Source: Giardia intestinalis (lineage: Eukaryota). From it: a stretch of 64,000 bases of DNA. Every line of letters begins with the position of its first letter. The first letter of the stretch is position 1. Under the pieces are notes generated by a model. The model did no database searches. It worked only from the letters and a program-made list of their open reading frames with translations, and had not been told where the DNA came from. Below, piece by piece: positions 20,595 to 29,375 of this stretch. The stretch lies in assembly GCA_000002435.2 (NCBI GenBank), contig CM018793.1; one strand, 5' to 3'. The position numbers and the translations under genes were made by a program.

Positions 20595-20601
20595 GTTCAC
20601 T
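20595..20601 (-). promoter_or_regulatory. Giardia-type polyadenylation signal AGTGAAC, 6 nt after the alpha-giardin stop.
   Basis: The minus strand reads …GTC ATG TGA GTGTG AGTGAAC…, matching the AGTRAAY consensus. Confidence 0.6.
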
Positions 20602-20606
20602 CACAC

Positions 20607-21494
20607 TCACATGACGTGCCAGAGGACGCAGCAGGCCTCGGCGAGGTTCTTGGACATCGTCTTCCTGATGTCCTTGGCTAAGTTCCCGTAGTGGGCGTAG
20701 AGGACCTTGCACTGCTCCGCCTGGTCGTAGAGCATCCCGGTGATGCGGCAGCAGCGGTCGGTGTCGCCCTTCTTCTGGCAGGCCAGGCTCAGGAGGTAGG
20801 CGGCGCCTCGGGCGGGGCAGTGGAGCGTCGCGTTGCAGCAGCAGAGCGCGAGCTCGTCGTCGCCCTTGTAGGCCTCGATGAGGGCCTGCTCGATCGTCTT
20901 CTTGGCGATGTTCTCGAACGCCTCGGAAATCTGCTTCCACTCGCTGGGGACGGTCGTGCCGAGGAGGCGGATGACCGTGTCCGTGTCCGGGTGCTTGACG
21001 CCGATCAGCGCGGTCTTCAGGGCCTCTGCATCACCCTGGACGTTGTTGCGGGCGGACCTGCAGAAGGCAAGCCAGGAGTTCACCATGCGGGCCCAGACGG
21101 TCTTGGAGCCGATCTCCTTCCTGAGCGTGGACTCGAAGTCGTCCCCGAAGAGCTGGTGGTACCTGTCCTTGACCCTTGCGTAGATCTCAGGGGTCGTCGT
21201 CAGGAGCGTGTCCGTGAGACACCTCTCGTCGTTCCCGCCCTTGAAGGCCTTCTTGATCAGCCTGCAGCGGACGTCGATCTCGTCGTCGAGGACGATCATC
21301 ATGAGGTCCTTGTAGTCCCCGTTCTTGAACGAGGCGTCGAGGTACTCGGAGGTGGTCTTTCCAGTAGCCGCCCTGAACGCGGCGTGGATCTCGGCGCGCT
21401 GCTTGTCATTGAAGTCGGCGACGCTCCTCGCAAGCCCGTCCATGTCCTTGGCGTCGATGAGGGTCTTGATCTCGGTAGCCTTCGCTGCAGCCAT
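20607..21494 (-). CDS. Alpha-giardin (annexin homologue). GC3 is extremely high, as expected for a highly expressed gene.
   Basis: Four annexin-like repeats (e.g. TEIKTLIDAKDMDGLARSVADFNDKQRAEIHAAFRAATGKTTSEYL, GAAYLLSLACQKKGDTDRCCRITGMLYD). Nearly every codon ends in G or C. ATG at 21492-21494 and TGA at 20607-20609. Confidence 0.85.
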   Translation of the reverse strand: MAAAKATEIKTLIDAKDMDGLARSVADFNDKQRAEIHAAFRAATGKTTSEYLDASFKNGDYKDLMMIVLDDEIDVRCRLIKKAFKGGNDERCLTDTLLTTTPEIYARVKDRYHQLFGDDFESTLRKEIGSKTVWARMVNSWLAFCRSARNNVQGDAEALKTALIGVKHPDTDTVIRLLGTTVPSEWKQISEAFENIAKKTIEQALIEAYKGDDELALCCCNATLHCPARGAAYLLSLACQKKGDTDRCCRITGMLYDQAEQCKVLYAHYGNLAKDIRKTMSKNLAEACCVLWHVM

Positions 21495-21642
21495 GCCTTT
21501 AATTTTGTCCTTTTTGAAATTGATTGGTGTAGTGTACTAACTTTGTTTTGATACAATATTATAAGGTTTACAACACAATGGCATAATAAATAAGCTCCAT
21601 TAATTTGCAATGGAAGGGACCAATACGATGCCCAAATAAATA
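21495..21642. promoter_or_regulatory. Short AT-rich bidirectional promoter region between alpha-giardin (minus) and the RNA polymerase subunit gene (plus).
   Basis: A 148-bp spacer of about 70% AT, with A/T-rich initiator-like sequence directly 5' of both ATGs (…AATTAAAGG|CATG on minus; …AAATAAATA|ATG on plus). Confidence 0.5.
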
Positions 21643-22695
21643 ATGTCTGCACAACTGACGCTCCAGTCCGTAAAGACGGATGTTCTCAGTCTGGACGACA
21701 TGGTTACTGACCTTTCGGCCTTCCAGAACCGACTTGAGTACGTTATCTGGAAAGATGAGTGTGATACCTTCAGTTTTGACGTTATTAATCTTAGCCCTGT
21801 TATCGCAAATACTATACGGCGCATTATTCTGGACGAGGTGCCCACAATGGCCATAGACACCGTTGTGGTGCACGAGAACTCTTCTATAATTGCAGATGAG
21901 ATTTTTTCCCACAGATTGGGTCTGGTGCCCATGAACATCGACCCTCGGTTGTTTGAGTACCATGAGGACGGTGATAAGATCCACGAGCGAAATACAGTTG
22001 TTTTTAAGCTGGATGTCACGGCACCAGCGACGTATTCGAGTAGTTTTAATGATGAGGAGCCTGGGTGGTTCTACGTTTACAGCAGAGACATTTACTGGGT
22101 TCCTATAGGAGGACAAAAGGACTGGCTCCTGAAGCAAGAAGTCCGGGCCGATATGAGCTCCCTCCCTGCGCCACTAGATCCGGATATCCTACTTGCAAAA
22201 CTGGCTCCAGGTCAGCGGATTTTCTGTGAAATATACTGCCACAAAGGTATAGGCCGAATGCATGCCAAGTTTCAGCCCGTGGGGACAGCATGGTACAAAA
22301 TGAAAACGCAGATTGCTCTTGACAAGGATGCACTGCTCCAGCACCCAGAGGTGAATGGGGATGTAGACAAGCTTGTGACAAAGTTGCACAAAGTATGTCC
22401 AGTTAACGTCTTTGCTGATGTTACTAGGCAGCTGGATATAGAAGACTTTAGCGTGCACCATCCAGACCGGACGGAAGCCTGCACACTTTGCAGGGAGTGC
22501 ATCGCAGCCTTTACAGATGAGCAGAACCAGTGTGGAATCCGGCTAGAGCTCGTAAAGACTCACTTGGTTTTCACGATAGAGTCATGCTCGTGGTACAGAG
22601 CGCGAGACATCTACTTAGAGGCCCTCACCGTCATGCAACAGAAAGCGGCTCTTCTTAAGTCTTCTCTTAAAACAGGAGAGCTTGTTGAAGAGTAA
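21643..22695 (+). CDS. DNA-directed RNA polymerase subunit of the RPB3/AC40 (bacterial alpha-like) family; the length and N-terminal extension favour RPAC1 (Pol I/III AC40).
   Basis: DTFSFDVINLSPVIANTIRRIILDEVPTMAIDTV is the dimerisation motif. GIGRMHAKFQPVGTAWYK is the conserved HAKW/F.PV block. The protein is 350 aa. Confidence 0.7.
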   Translation: MSAQLTLQSVKTDVLSLDDMVTDLSAFQNRLEYVIWKDECDTFSFDVINLSPVIANTIRRIILDEVPTMAIDTVVVHENSSIIADEIFSHRLGLVPMNIDPRLFEYHEDGDKIHERNTVVFKLDVTAPATYSSSFNDEEPGWFYVYSRDIYWVPIGGQKDWLLKQEVRADMSSLPAPLDPDILLAKLAPGQRIFCEIYCHKGIGRMHAKFQPVGTAWYKMKTQIALDKDALLQHPEVNGDVDKLVTKLHKVCPVNVFADVTRQLDIEDFSVHHPDRTEACTLCRECIAAFTDEQNQCGIRLELVKTHLVFTIESCSWYRARDIYLEALTVMQQKAALLKSSLKTGELVEE

Positions 22696-22697
22696 AC
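22691..22697 (+). promoter_or_regulatory. Polyadenylation signal AGTAAAC overlapping the RPAC1-like TAA stop.
   Basis: …GAAG AGTAAAC CC…, with the stop codon inside the signal. The next gene's ATG is 11 nt downstream. Confidence 0.55.
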
Positions 22698-22707
22698 CCA
22701 AAATCAA

Positions 22708-23304
22708 ATGCGGAAGTCTGGCAAGACCCATGACGATATAGTAGGGACTGCGCATTTAGATTTAGAACCAGGAGTCCTTCCAGCCTCGCATCTATATCGC
22801 CTACTCGCAGAGTGTTTTGATATCATTGAGCGAAAGCACATTGATGCCCCTGACCTCTATCGTGCAGCAGGGAATAAGGAGGAGCTAGATGCATTGTACC
22901 AATATTACTGGAATTACCGGCGCCTTGATACAAATGGAGCCTCGGACTTTGCGTCTCTTGCATCCCTGGCAAAAAGCGCTGTTCGACGACTCACAGAGCA
23001 GAAGGAGGACGGGTTGTTTTCGGATACGTTGCTGGACGAACTCCAGAGGTTTTTCAGGGACTGTGGACCAGAATTTACAGCAACCGAAAAGAGTAAGATA
23101 CACACTTTGCTAGAAAAACACACGTCCCGCCAACAGTTGAGTCTGATAATAATGATTATAGTGCACCTTAGTCTCCTCGTCAAGCATGCCCCTAACTGTA
23201 CATGCCGTTCCCTAGAAATATGCTGGAACCCTACCCTTCTGGGTCCCTATCGCTTTCTGAGATATAACGGCATTATCAGCAGCCTTATCACCGCGTTCAT
23301 GTGA
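22708..23304 (+). CDS. Hypothetical protein, possibly a RhoGAP-like domain.
   Basis: IDAPDLYRAAGNKEELDAL…DFASLASLAKSAVRRL weakly resembles the RhoGAP GIFRxSG…hdvAslLK.fLReLP blocks. The ATG lies 12 nt after the upstream stop. Confidence 0.35.
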   Translation: MRKSGKTHDDIVGTAHLDLEPGVLPASHLYRLLAECFDIIERKHIDAPDLYRAAGNKEELDALYQYYWNYRRLDTNGASDFASLASLAKSAVRRLTEQKEDGLFSDTLLDELQRFFRDCGPEFTATEKSKIHTLLEKHTSRQQLSLIIMIIVHLSLLVKHAPNCTCRSLEICWNPTLLGPYRFLRYNGIISSLITAFM

Positions 23305-23312
23305 CCGTCAAG

Positions 23313-26300
23313 CTAGCCCTTCATGAGTCTATGGATCTCGTCTTCGCTCACATTGCCGTACTGTCTACTAAGAGACAACCACGGCTCTTCGTTGTTACAG
23401 TTACTCATCCCCAGGTTGTTGTGGTACTTTGTTCTGAGGTATACGAGAAGTGGCATGTACTTCTTGTTGCCCCTGCACAGCTCCAAGGCCTTGGAAAAGT
23501 TCCAGAGATCGCACGCAGCAAGGATAGCAGCCCCTATCTTTCCTTGGCTACTTAGGATGTTAGCCCCCTCCGGGTCTCCGATAGCCAGCTTAACTGCCCC
23601 TGCATTGACCTCGTTATGTGACGAGATGCTGTGACAGTAGGATGCTTTTGCAACCATACCTAGACCACTCAAAGCGCTTTGCAGGTGCTGTATGTTATTT
23701 GCCTCAATGCAGTATGTTGCCATCTGGGCCCAGAGAGGCTTCTGATCAAGGAATCGACAAAGTCTAAGCGCCCGCTGAGTGTTTCCGCTTTTGGCGAGGT
23801 AATTTAGTAAGACACTGAACTCTGGCACAGCGACAACCATTTGGCTAGAGTCCCCGGCCAAGCCTAGGACAGCGTGGCTCATTGTAATAGCATTGCTCAT
23901 TAGTCCGTCGTTCTTGAGAACCATAGGGGTAATGCGGTGTATTGTGTGTATATTGGAGCGCGATAGCATACGGTAAGCCGCTAGAATACGAGACGGGTCC
24001 TCTTCAAAGATAGAGACTGCAGCATTGGATCTCTGAACTGACGAATAATCTATCGTCGTGGGAGTTACAAACACAGGGTCCTCTGTTATAATGCTTGTAC
24101 GCACGGGACAGGCGTCCACCACCAATCTAAGCTTACAGTCACTGCCTACTGTCTCTCCTATTTGGGACAGCGCCTGAGGAAGAGATTGGCTTTCAGAAAT
24201 GAGCATGCATAGTAAATCTGTTTGCGCAATGAACTGGATAGAGTAGGGAATGGAGTCTAGAAATTTGCTCTGCTGAAGAATCGCTGTGCTCATGGAGTTT
24301 CCTAACTTAGCATAAGCCTGAGGAGACGTCGTCAAGCGGCCAACATACAAGCTATTACTCGTGTCCAAAAGAGCAAGTACGTAGCTTGAAGCATCATTAC
24401 TAGACATCTCGGTCTGTTTGAGAGAAGAAGTCGAGGCTGTTGCGTCAACTGGTTTACCAGCCTGATGTCCAGTTAGGTTACTGAATACGCTTCCAAGAGC
24501 AAAGTCACTGACAGCATTACCTTGGGTTCCTTCCTTGGCGGATGTCTCCGACGCGTTACGGATGTGTTGCTGGCTTGAGATACCGATAGTGAGGTCCAGA
24601 ACAGCCTTGTGGTGAATCACACCACGCAGAATGAAATTCCCTGACCTGGGATCGATGATGCGCAAGGTAGTTCCTCCCTCAACATATGCCAATGCAGAAT
24701 CTATAATAGCAATCTGTCTATCGCTGTCTAAAGAGGAGATATAGATACTAGTAACGAGCGCCAGCGTGGTTGCACTCACAATGTTAGCTTCTCCAGAAAT
24801 ATCCACGACAAGATGGTAGCTATCCCCAAGGACGATATAACGGGGAGGATTTCTAACATATGCAGCAGTTTTTATCGGCGGGTTCGATGCTTTGTCATGC
24901 TCAAGCTTCTTCTGCGAAAAACTCTTCAGCAGCGGTCGAGACTCTGTCTGTTGCAGAGTGTCCCCTGGTTTCTCCAAAAGGTTATCAAAGTCTAACTCCT
25001 GCTGTTGACGATTGGGAAGGCCTTGTGTAGAAGGCTGATTCTGCACGGTAGATGGTCGTATCATGTCTCCGTAACTCGTTGAACGGACCGGCTCTGTAAT
25101 CCACTGAATTTTGGTAACCAGGGGCATTCCCCCTTCTAATGAGAAGGAGGATATCTTTGCCATTGTAGGCGGTGTCCAGACAATGACGGACGATGCCGTG
25201 GTTGCACCAAGCCTTAGTGTGTGAGCAAATCTAGATAGAAAAAGACTGATAACAGGCTCTGGGGCTGTGTAGACTTCGGACACCTGAAGACGTGCATCGG
25301 TTATCATGACCGTTGTGAGACCCGTGACCTCTATGGTAATATAACCACTCGACAGTCGTTGAGGAGCTAGATATCCAACAGCAAGGCCGTTAAGACAAAG
25401 ACACAAGAAGGAGCCCCCATATGGCGCGAACGCTAGATCTCGTATTCCACCAACCGAGCTACCAAGATTTTCATCCACATTGGTCATTGATGAGTCTGCC
25501 AAGGGGGAAAGGAGGGTGGCAGGGGCGCCGTCTGCGGCTATCTTTGAGACCGGTAGATGAGCTGAATCATACTCCAAGGTTGCGCACGAACGCACGGTAC
25601 CATTCTCACGGCATCCAATGACGACCCCGCGTCTTGTGGCAATAATAAATCCGTTCGAAGCTACGGGCTGACTGCTTACGGAGACGACGGCATCATAGGG
25701 TGGCGGAGGAATAACAGAAATCTCAAGTCCAGAGAGGAGGTCGAGAACTATGGCCCCACGATGCTCACACCCCAAGACGAGTACACGACCCGTGTTTGCC
25801 AAGGCCGTGATAGCGTCTCCGTCGCTTTGAAGCTTGTAGCTAAGCTCAGTAGAGTTATTCTTGGTAATGTTTATCACTGTGACACTGCCCCCGTACGCAA
25901 TCGCGGCTCTGTTCCGGTCAATGGAGTTAATGGCATGAACAGGGGCGTTGAGATTGGATTTAAGGATTTGTCTGAACTGGTATAGCCCGCCCATCATGGT
26001 GAGTAGGAGAACAGTGCCCGTTTCCAATCCAACCAACAAGGACGACCCTCGCGGCTGCATCATGCACAAGGATGTAACAGGATGAATGGCGTCTTCTCCT
26101 CCGACATAGGACGAGACGGAAATAGATTTCTGGCGCCGAACGCTGACCCTCTGAGAAGTGCATCCCAAGCCTAGGACATCCGCCTGAATGAAAATCAAGG
26201 TGCCATTGGCGCATCCAGCCACAATGGTAGCCTGGCTTGCACTTGTTGACGAGCTGCCGCTACCCTTGGTGATTTGGTACGATGAAGCCGTGTTAGCCAT

Positions 26301-26552
26301 CACAGCTGGGCCACTCGTGGAAGACGAGGCGCTAGAACCATTCCCGGGCGGAAGCGCTGTCATAGAGATAATTGTTGATGGAATGGGGTCGCTGATACGG
26401 GAAACGCGGACCTGTCCGAGAGACGGAGGCACGATGATTTCGTAAAGGCAACGATCGGTTTGAGAAGCTGCAACAGCCAGATCAATTCCAATCCATGTCA
26501 GACACGTGAGATTTGGTGGATCACGGCAGTAGAACGACGAAATTCCATACAT
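23313..26552 (-). CDS. Large protein (1,079 aa) with an N-terminal beta-propeller-like half and a C-terminal alpha-solenoid-like half, i.e. protocoatomer architecture. Candidates include HOPS/CORVET, IFT or coat subunits.
   Basis: ATG at 26550-26552. The N-terminal half has repeated beta-strand-rich blades (e.g. GAIVLDLLSGLEISV, LLVGLETGTVLLL). The C-terminal roughly 350 aa are helical and Leu/Ala-rich. No zinc finger at the C-terminus. Confidence 0.55.
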   Translation of the reverse strand: MYGISSFYCRDPPNLTCLTWIGIDLAVAASQTDRCLYEIIVPPSLGQVRVSRISDPIPSTIISMTALPPGNGSSASSSTSGPAVMANTASSYQITKGSGSSSTSASQATIVAGCANGTLIFIQADVLGLGCTSQRVSVRRQKSISVSSYVGGEDAIHPVTSLCMMQPRGSSLLVGLETGTVLLLTMMGGLYQFRQILKSNLNAPVHAINSIDRNRAAIAYGGSVTVINITKNNSTELSYKLQSDGDAITALANTGRVLVLGCEHRGAIVLDLLSGLEISVIPPPPYDAVVSVSSQPVASNGFIIATRRGVVIGCRENGTVRSCATLEYDSAHLPVSKIAADGAPATLLSPLADSSMTNVDENLGSSVGGIRDLAFAPYGGSFLCLCLNGLAVGYLAPQRLSSGYITIEVTGLTTVMITDARLQVSEVYTAPEPVISLFLSRFAHTLRLGATTASSVIVWTPPTMAKISSFSLEGGMPLVTKIQWITEPVRSTSYGDMIRPSTVQNQPSTQGLPNRQQQELDFDNLLEKPGDTLQQTESRPLLKSFSQKKLEHDKASNPPIKTAAYVRNPPRYIVLGDSYHLVVDISGEANIVSATTLALVTSIYISSLDSDRQIAIIDSALAYVEGGTTLRIIDPRSGNFILRGVIHHKAVLDLTIGISSQQHIRNASETSAKEGTQGNAVSDFALGSVFSNLTGHQAGKPVDATASTSSLKQTEMSSNDASSYVLALLDTSNSLYVGRLTTSPQAYAKLGNSMSTAILQQSKFLDSIPYSIQFIAQTDLLCMLISESQSLPQALSQIGETVGSDCKLRLVVDACPVRTSIITEDPVFVTPTTIDYSSVQRSNAAVSIFEEDPSRILAAYRMLSRSNIHTIHRITPMVLKNDGLMSNAITMSHAVLGLAGDSSQMVVAVPEFSVLLNYLAKSGNTQRALRLCRFLDQKPLWAQMATYCIEANNIQHLQSALSGLGMVAKASYCHSISSHNEVNAGAVKLAIGDPEGANILSSQGKIGAAILAACDLWNFSKALELCRGNKKYMPLLVYLRTKYHNNLGMSNCNNEEPWLSLSRQYGNVSEDEIHRLMKG

Positions 26553-26614
26553 TATACCTGTGGTGCCAAGAAAAAGTATTGGTTTTTGTAAGTTGTCTTT
26601 TTCTGTGTTCTCTG

Positions 26615-27385
26615 ATGAAGAGTGGTTCTCGCCCCGATCTTTGGAAAGTGGTAGGATACTATGTTAATATATGCTTGGGACACACCCCACCTTACCTCCG
26701 GTTCTGTTCATATGCTCACCTCAGACATTTGGGCTACACCGTTGACGACCTTTACTCCTGCCAAAGCATTGTCGTAGTCAGTGGCGAGGGAGATTCCCCC
26801 TATGACCCCCTTATTCTATCTACAAGGATCTTTGAGTACGTGGCTACCGACAAGACTATTTCTGTAGAACACCAGATCGACCAGGCGCTGATTCTGAGGG
26901 TGTTGGAGACAGTTTCCAATTTACAACTGACTGAAAAGGTAAAGTGCGTCCCGATCGGAGCGGTCATAGATCAGCTTCTAGATTCTCCTTGTATGGAGCA
27001 ATCTGAAATTCTACGACATATAGATGTTCTCATAGAACACAGATGGCTCCAGAAAAGTTGGCCTACAAATGTACACATCGGTGTCTCCATCCCCGGGCAC
27101 TCGGAGATACTCAACAACCTTAAGCACTCAGAAGAGACGATTCGACGGCGACTCCTGCACGACTCAATTCCCTTTCTCATAGTGCCGAGACCTGTGCGAT
27201 ATGCACCGCTAATCAGAGAGCACTCCTTTGGCTCTGGTGGAAAACACGTGCAGCCACTGCCTATCGACCTCCAGGCTGTCTATGGAACCGAATACCACAT
27301 AGCTAGCTTGCTCGGTAATAAGAGCTTTACTATCTGCAGTACAGAACGGTGCACTTATATAGGCCTTGGAGACATATTCCACTAA
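26615..27385 (+). CDS. Hypothetical protein.
   Basis: ORF with coding-like composition. The first ATG is at 26615; the track ORF began at a TTG at 26513, inside the divergent neighbour. Confidence 0.35.
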   Translation: MKSGSRPDLWKVVGYYVNICLGHTPPYLRFCSYAHLRHLGYTVDDLYSCQSIVVVSGEGDSPYDPLILSTRIFEYVATDKTISVEHQIDQALILRVLETVSNLQLTEKVKCVPIGAVIDQLLDSPCMEQSEILRHIDVLIEHRWLQKSWPTNVHIGVSIPGHSEILNNLKHSEETIRRRLLHDSIPFLIVPRPVRYAPLIREHSFGSGGKHVQPLPIDLQAVYGTEYHIASLLGNKSFTICSTERCTYIGLGDIFH

Positions 27386-27391
27386 TGGGGA

Positions 27392-28063
27392 CTAGATGTA
27401 TACCAGAGAGATTGCGTTCATATATGTTTGGACTATCGCTTCTATTCGCTTACGTAGCTCTCCCTTAGGTGGAATCCCGGCAGCTTTTAATACGGAAGTG
27501 GAGAGGTACAACTCTGCATAGCCGGAATAGGGATAAACCGGTGCGCCTGGGTGCTGTAGAAGAAGCACAGTGCACTTCAAAGTCTGAAGGCGAGTATATC
27601 TTGGCTTGTTGAAATGACACCAATCGTAGACCATTCCACTCACCCCGGTGACAGTGATGTCGGTAGGAGGCGTTTGCAGCCCTAACACTAAGATCTGGGC
27701 TTTGTCGCCCTGGTTCTTTGTACTTTGCTCCGTTAAAGCAATCACATGCACAGTAGTATCGGCAGAGTTGGCAGACAATTCGTCAAGGCGACGCTCAAGT
27801 ACCTTGCACGCAAAAGCCTGGAAGTCGCCAGAGTATTGGTTTGTCCCTGCCGCACCGAGGTCTCTGATGTATAAAAGCGTGAAAGACTCCGACACGAGGA
27901 ATCTGAAGTGGGGATGTTGGTGTTTTGTGAGGTCGTTGGACGGGGTATCTTCAACGCTATGGGATGCAGCACCACACTTAGCTTCATGACATAGATAAGT
28001 GTATAAGGCAGCCGCCATAGCACATGAATTCACACTATCTGCAATTAGAATCGTATGCTGCAT
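27392..28063 (-). CDS. Hypothetical protein (223 aa).
   Basis: ATG at 28061-28063. Compact ORF with balanced composition and no recognisable motif. Confidence 0.45.
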   Translation of the reverse strand: MQHTILIADSVNSCAMAAALYTYLCHEAKCGAASHSVEDTPSNDLTKHQHPHFRFLVSESFTLLYIRDLGAAGTNQYSGDFQAFACKVLERRLDELSANSADTTVHVIALTEQSTKNQGDKAQILVLGLQTPPTDITVTGVSGMVYDWCHFNKPRYTRLQTLKCTVLLLQHPGAPVYPYSGYAELYLSTSVLKAAGIPPKGELRKRIEAIVQTYMNAISLVYI

Positions 28064-28096
28064 CTAATTTTAAATCACCATCCTACCTGTGCATCC

Positions 28097-29311
28097 ATGC
28101 CTCTAGAGCATAACAAGACCCAACCTAAGAAGAAGCGTATCGTAGGACTCACCCTTCTGCTATTTGTGGCACTTCTCATCTTTGGAAGCCTAGCAGTCAT
28201 ATGTGCATGCATTGGTCTATATATCCATATTATCTCCATGATTCCCTTCATCCACGTTCCCTATAGTCAACTCGTCATATTATTGGACAACCTAACCATG
28301 ACTTCGCCATATATCCTTCAGCCCCAATACACCTATTATGATTTTTTCTTGTGTAGCCCCGAGCCACTCATTCCCATAAAGCCATACGTGAAAAGCACCT
28401 TAGAGATAGAGCTCCATGCTGAGCACACTTGCCACTCCTTCAACATCCTCCCCGAAGTTGTTTACACCCTCACTATCATTGTACCCTTTGAATATGATAC
28501 CTCCGTATCGGTAGTCGCACCAGAATTAGTTCCACAATATGTCGATGTCTTCTTCGCGTCCATCCCTTATCCAGATTATGTCTCTGAAATCGGGAAACGG
28601 ACGTCCACGATGCCAGTCTTTCCTAGTTCACTTAAAAGCGCAGATTGGAATGTTGCCCAGCTCAACTACAGTATACCACTTACCGGTGCCGAGGTTGTGC
28701 GACTCCAGAACTCTTTCATTGAGTACTGGGACTCTTTCACAGCTTATAGATTTGAGCGGAAAGCATGTCCAGAAAACACCGTCTGCCAGGTGAGCATTTG
28801 CTTGAACGATCAAGGAAAGGAATACCTTAGTTCCAGTGATGCTATCGTGGATCTAGTTACGCACGTGAAGATTCAACTCTTTGACCTAACTAACTGCAGG
28901 CCTCTCCAAGGTACTCCGAACATCCTCCTAAACCTCCACTCCGACAGCAACTTTATCACACGCCACAGCGCAATCTTGGTTCCTGATCACATCGACATCC
29001 AATTTTCAAGTGGTAAAGTGGTCGGCCAAGTATCCAACAACATCAAATACTACCAGGTAAGCAAGATATGGGGTCTCTCTGGACAGGCCATTGCGTACTT
29101 CACGTCCGACAGATTCTTCTATGCAGCGCGAATTCGCAATGCATTGCTGGGGTGTTTCCTGGGGATAGTCCTAGGTGGAATCTTGGTCTTTACCATAGTG
29201 GTCCTCCTCTATCAGAAGAAGCCTGTTCCCTGGAAGCTCTATCTTTGGACCCGCATGATCGACAGTGACATCGCCTGTCCCGAGGAAAGCGAGAACTTCT
29301 GCGTCAAATAG
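28097..29311 (+). CDS. Hypothetical membrane protein with an N-terminal signal anchor and a C-terminal TM.
   Basis: Hydrophobic N-terminal segment IVGLTLLLFVALLIFGSLAVICACIGLYI and a C-terminal TM LGCFLGIVLGGILVFTIVVLLY. The start is set at the ATG at 28097; the ATG at 28055 would overlap the divergent gene by 9 nt. Confidence 0.45.
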   Translation: MPLEHNKTQPKKKRIVGLTLLLFVALLIFGSLAVICACIGLYIHIISMIPFIHVPYSQLVILLDNLTMTSPYILQPQYTYYDFFLCSPEPLIPIKPYVKSTLEIELHAEHTCHSFNILPEVVYTLTIIVPFEYDTSVSVVAPELVPQYVDVFFASIPYPDYVSEIGKRTSTMPVFPSSLKSADWNVAQLNYSIPLTGAEVVRLQNSFIEYWDSFTAYRFERKACPENTVCQVSICLNDQGKEYLSSSDAIVDLVTHVKIQLFDLTNCRPLQGTPNILLNLHSDSNFITRHSAILVPDHIDIQFSSGKVVGQVSNNIKYYQVSKIWGLSGQAIAYFTSDRFFYAARIRNALLGCFLGIVLGGILVFTIVVLLYQKKPVPWKLYLWTRMIDSDIACPEESENFCVK

Positions 29312-29375
29312 AAGGACCGTTTGGCTTGGAAGCATATTTACTACTACTTACTTCTCAACGTGCTTCCACCCTTGC

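Noticed and set aside
20691-21551. A 286-aa plus-strand ORF antisense to alpha-giardin, and many similar long ORFs on both strands at 40100-42500 and throughout 53451-64000.
   Set aside because: Arg/Pro/Gly/Leu-rich and low-complexity. They are the expected by-product of stop-codon depletion in GC-rich or GC3-biased DNA, not genes.
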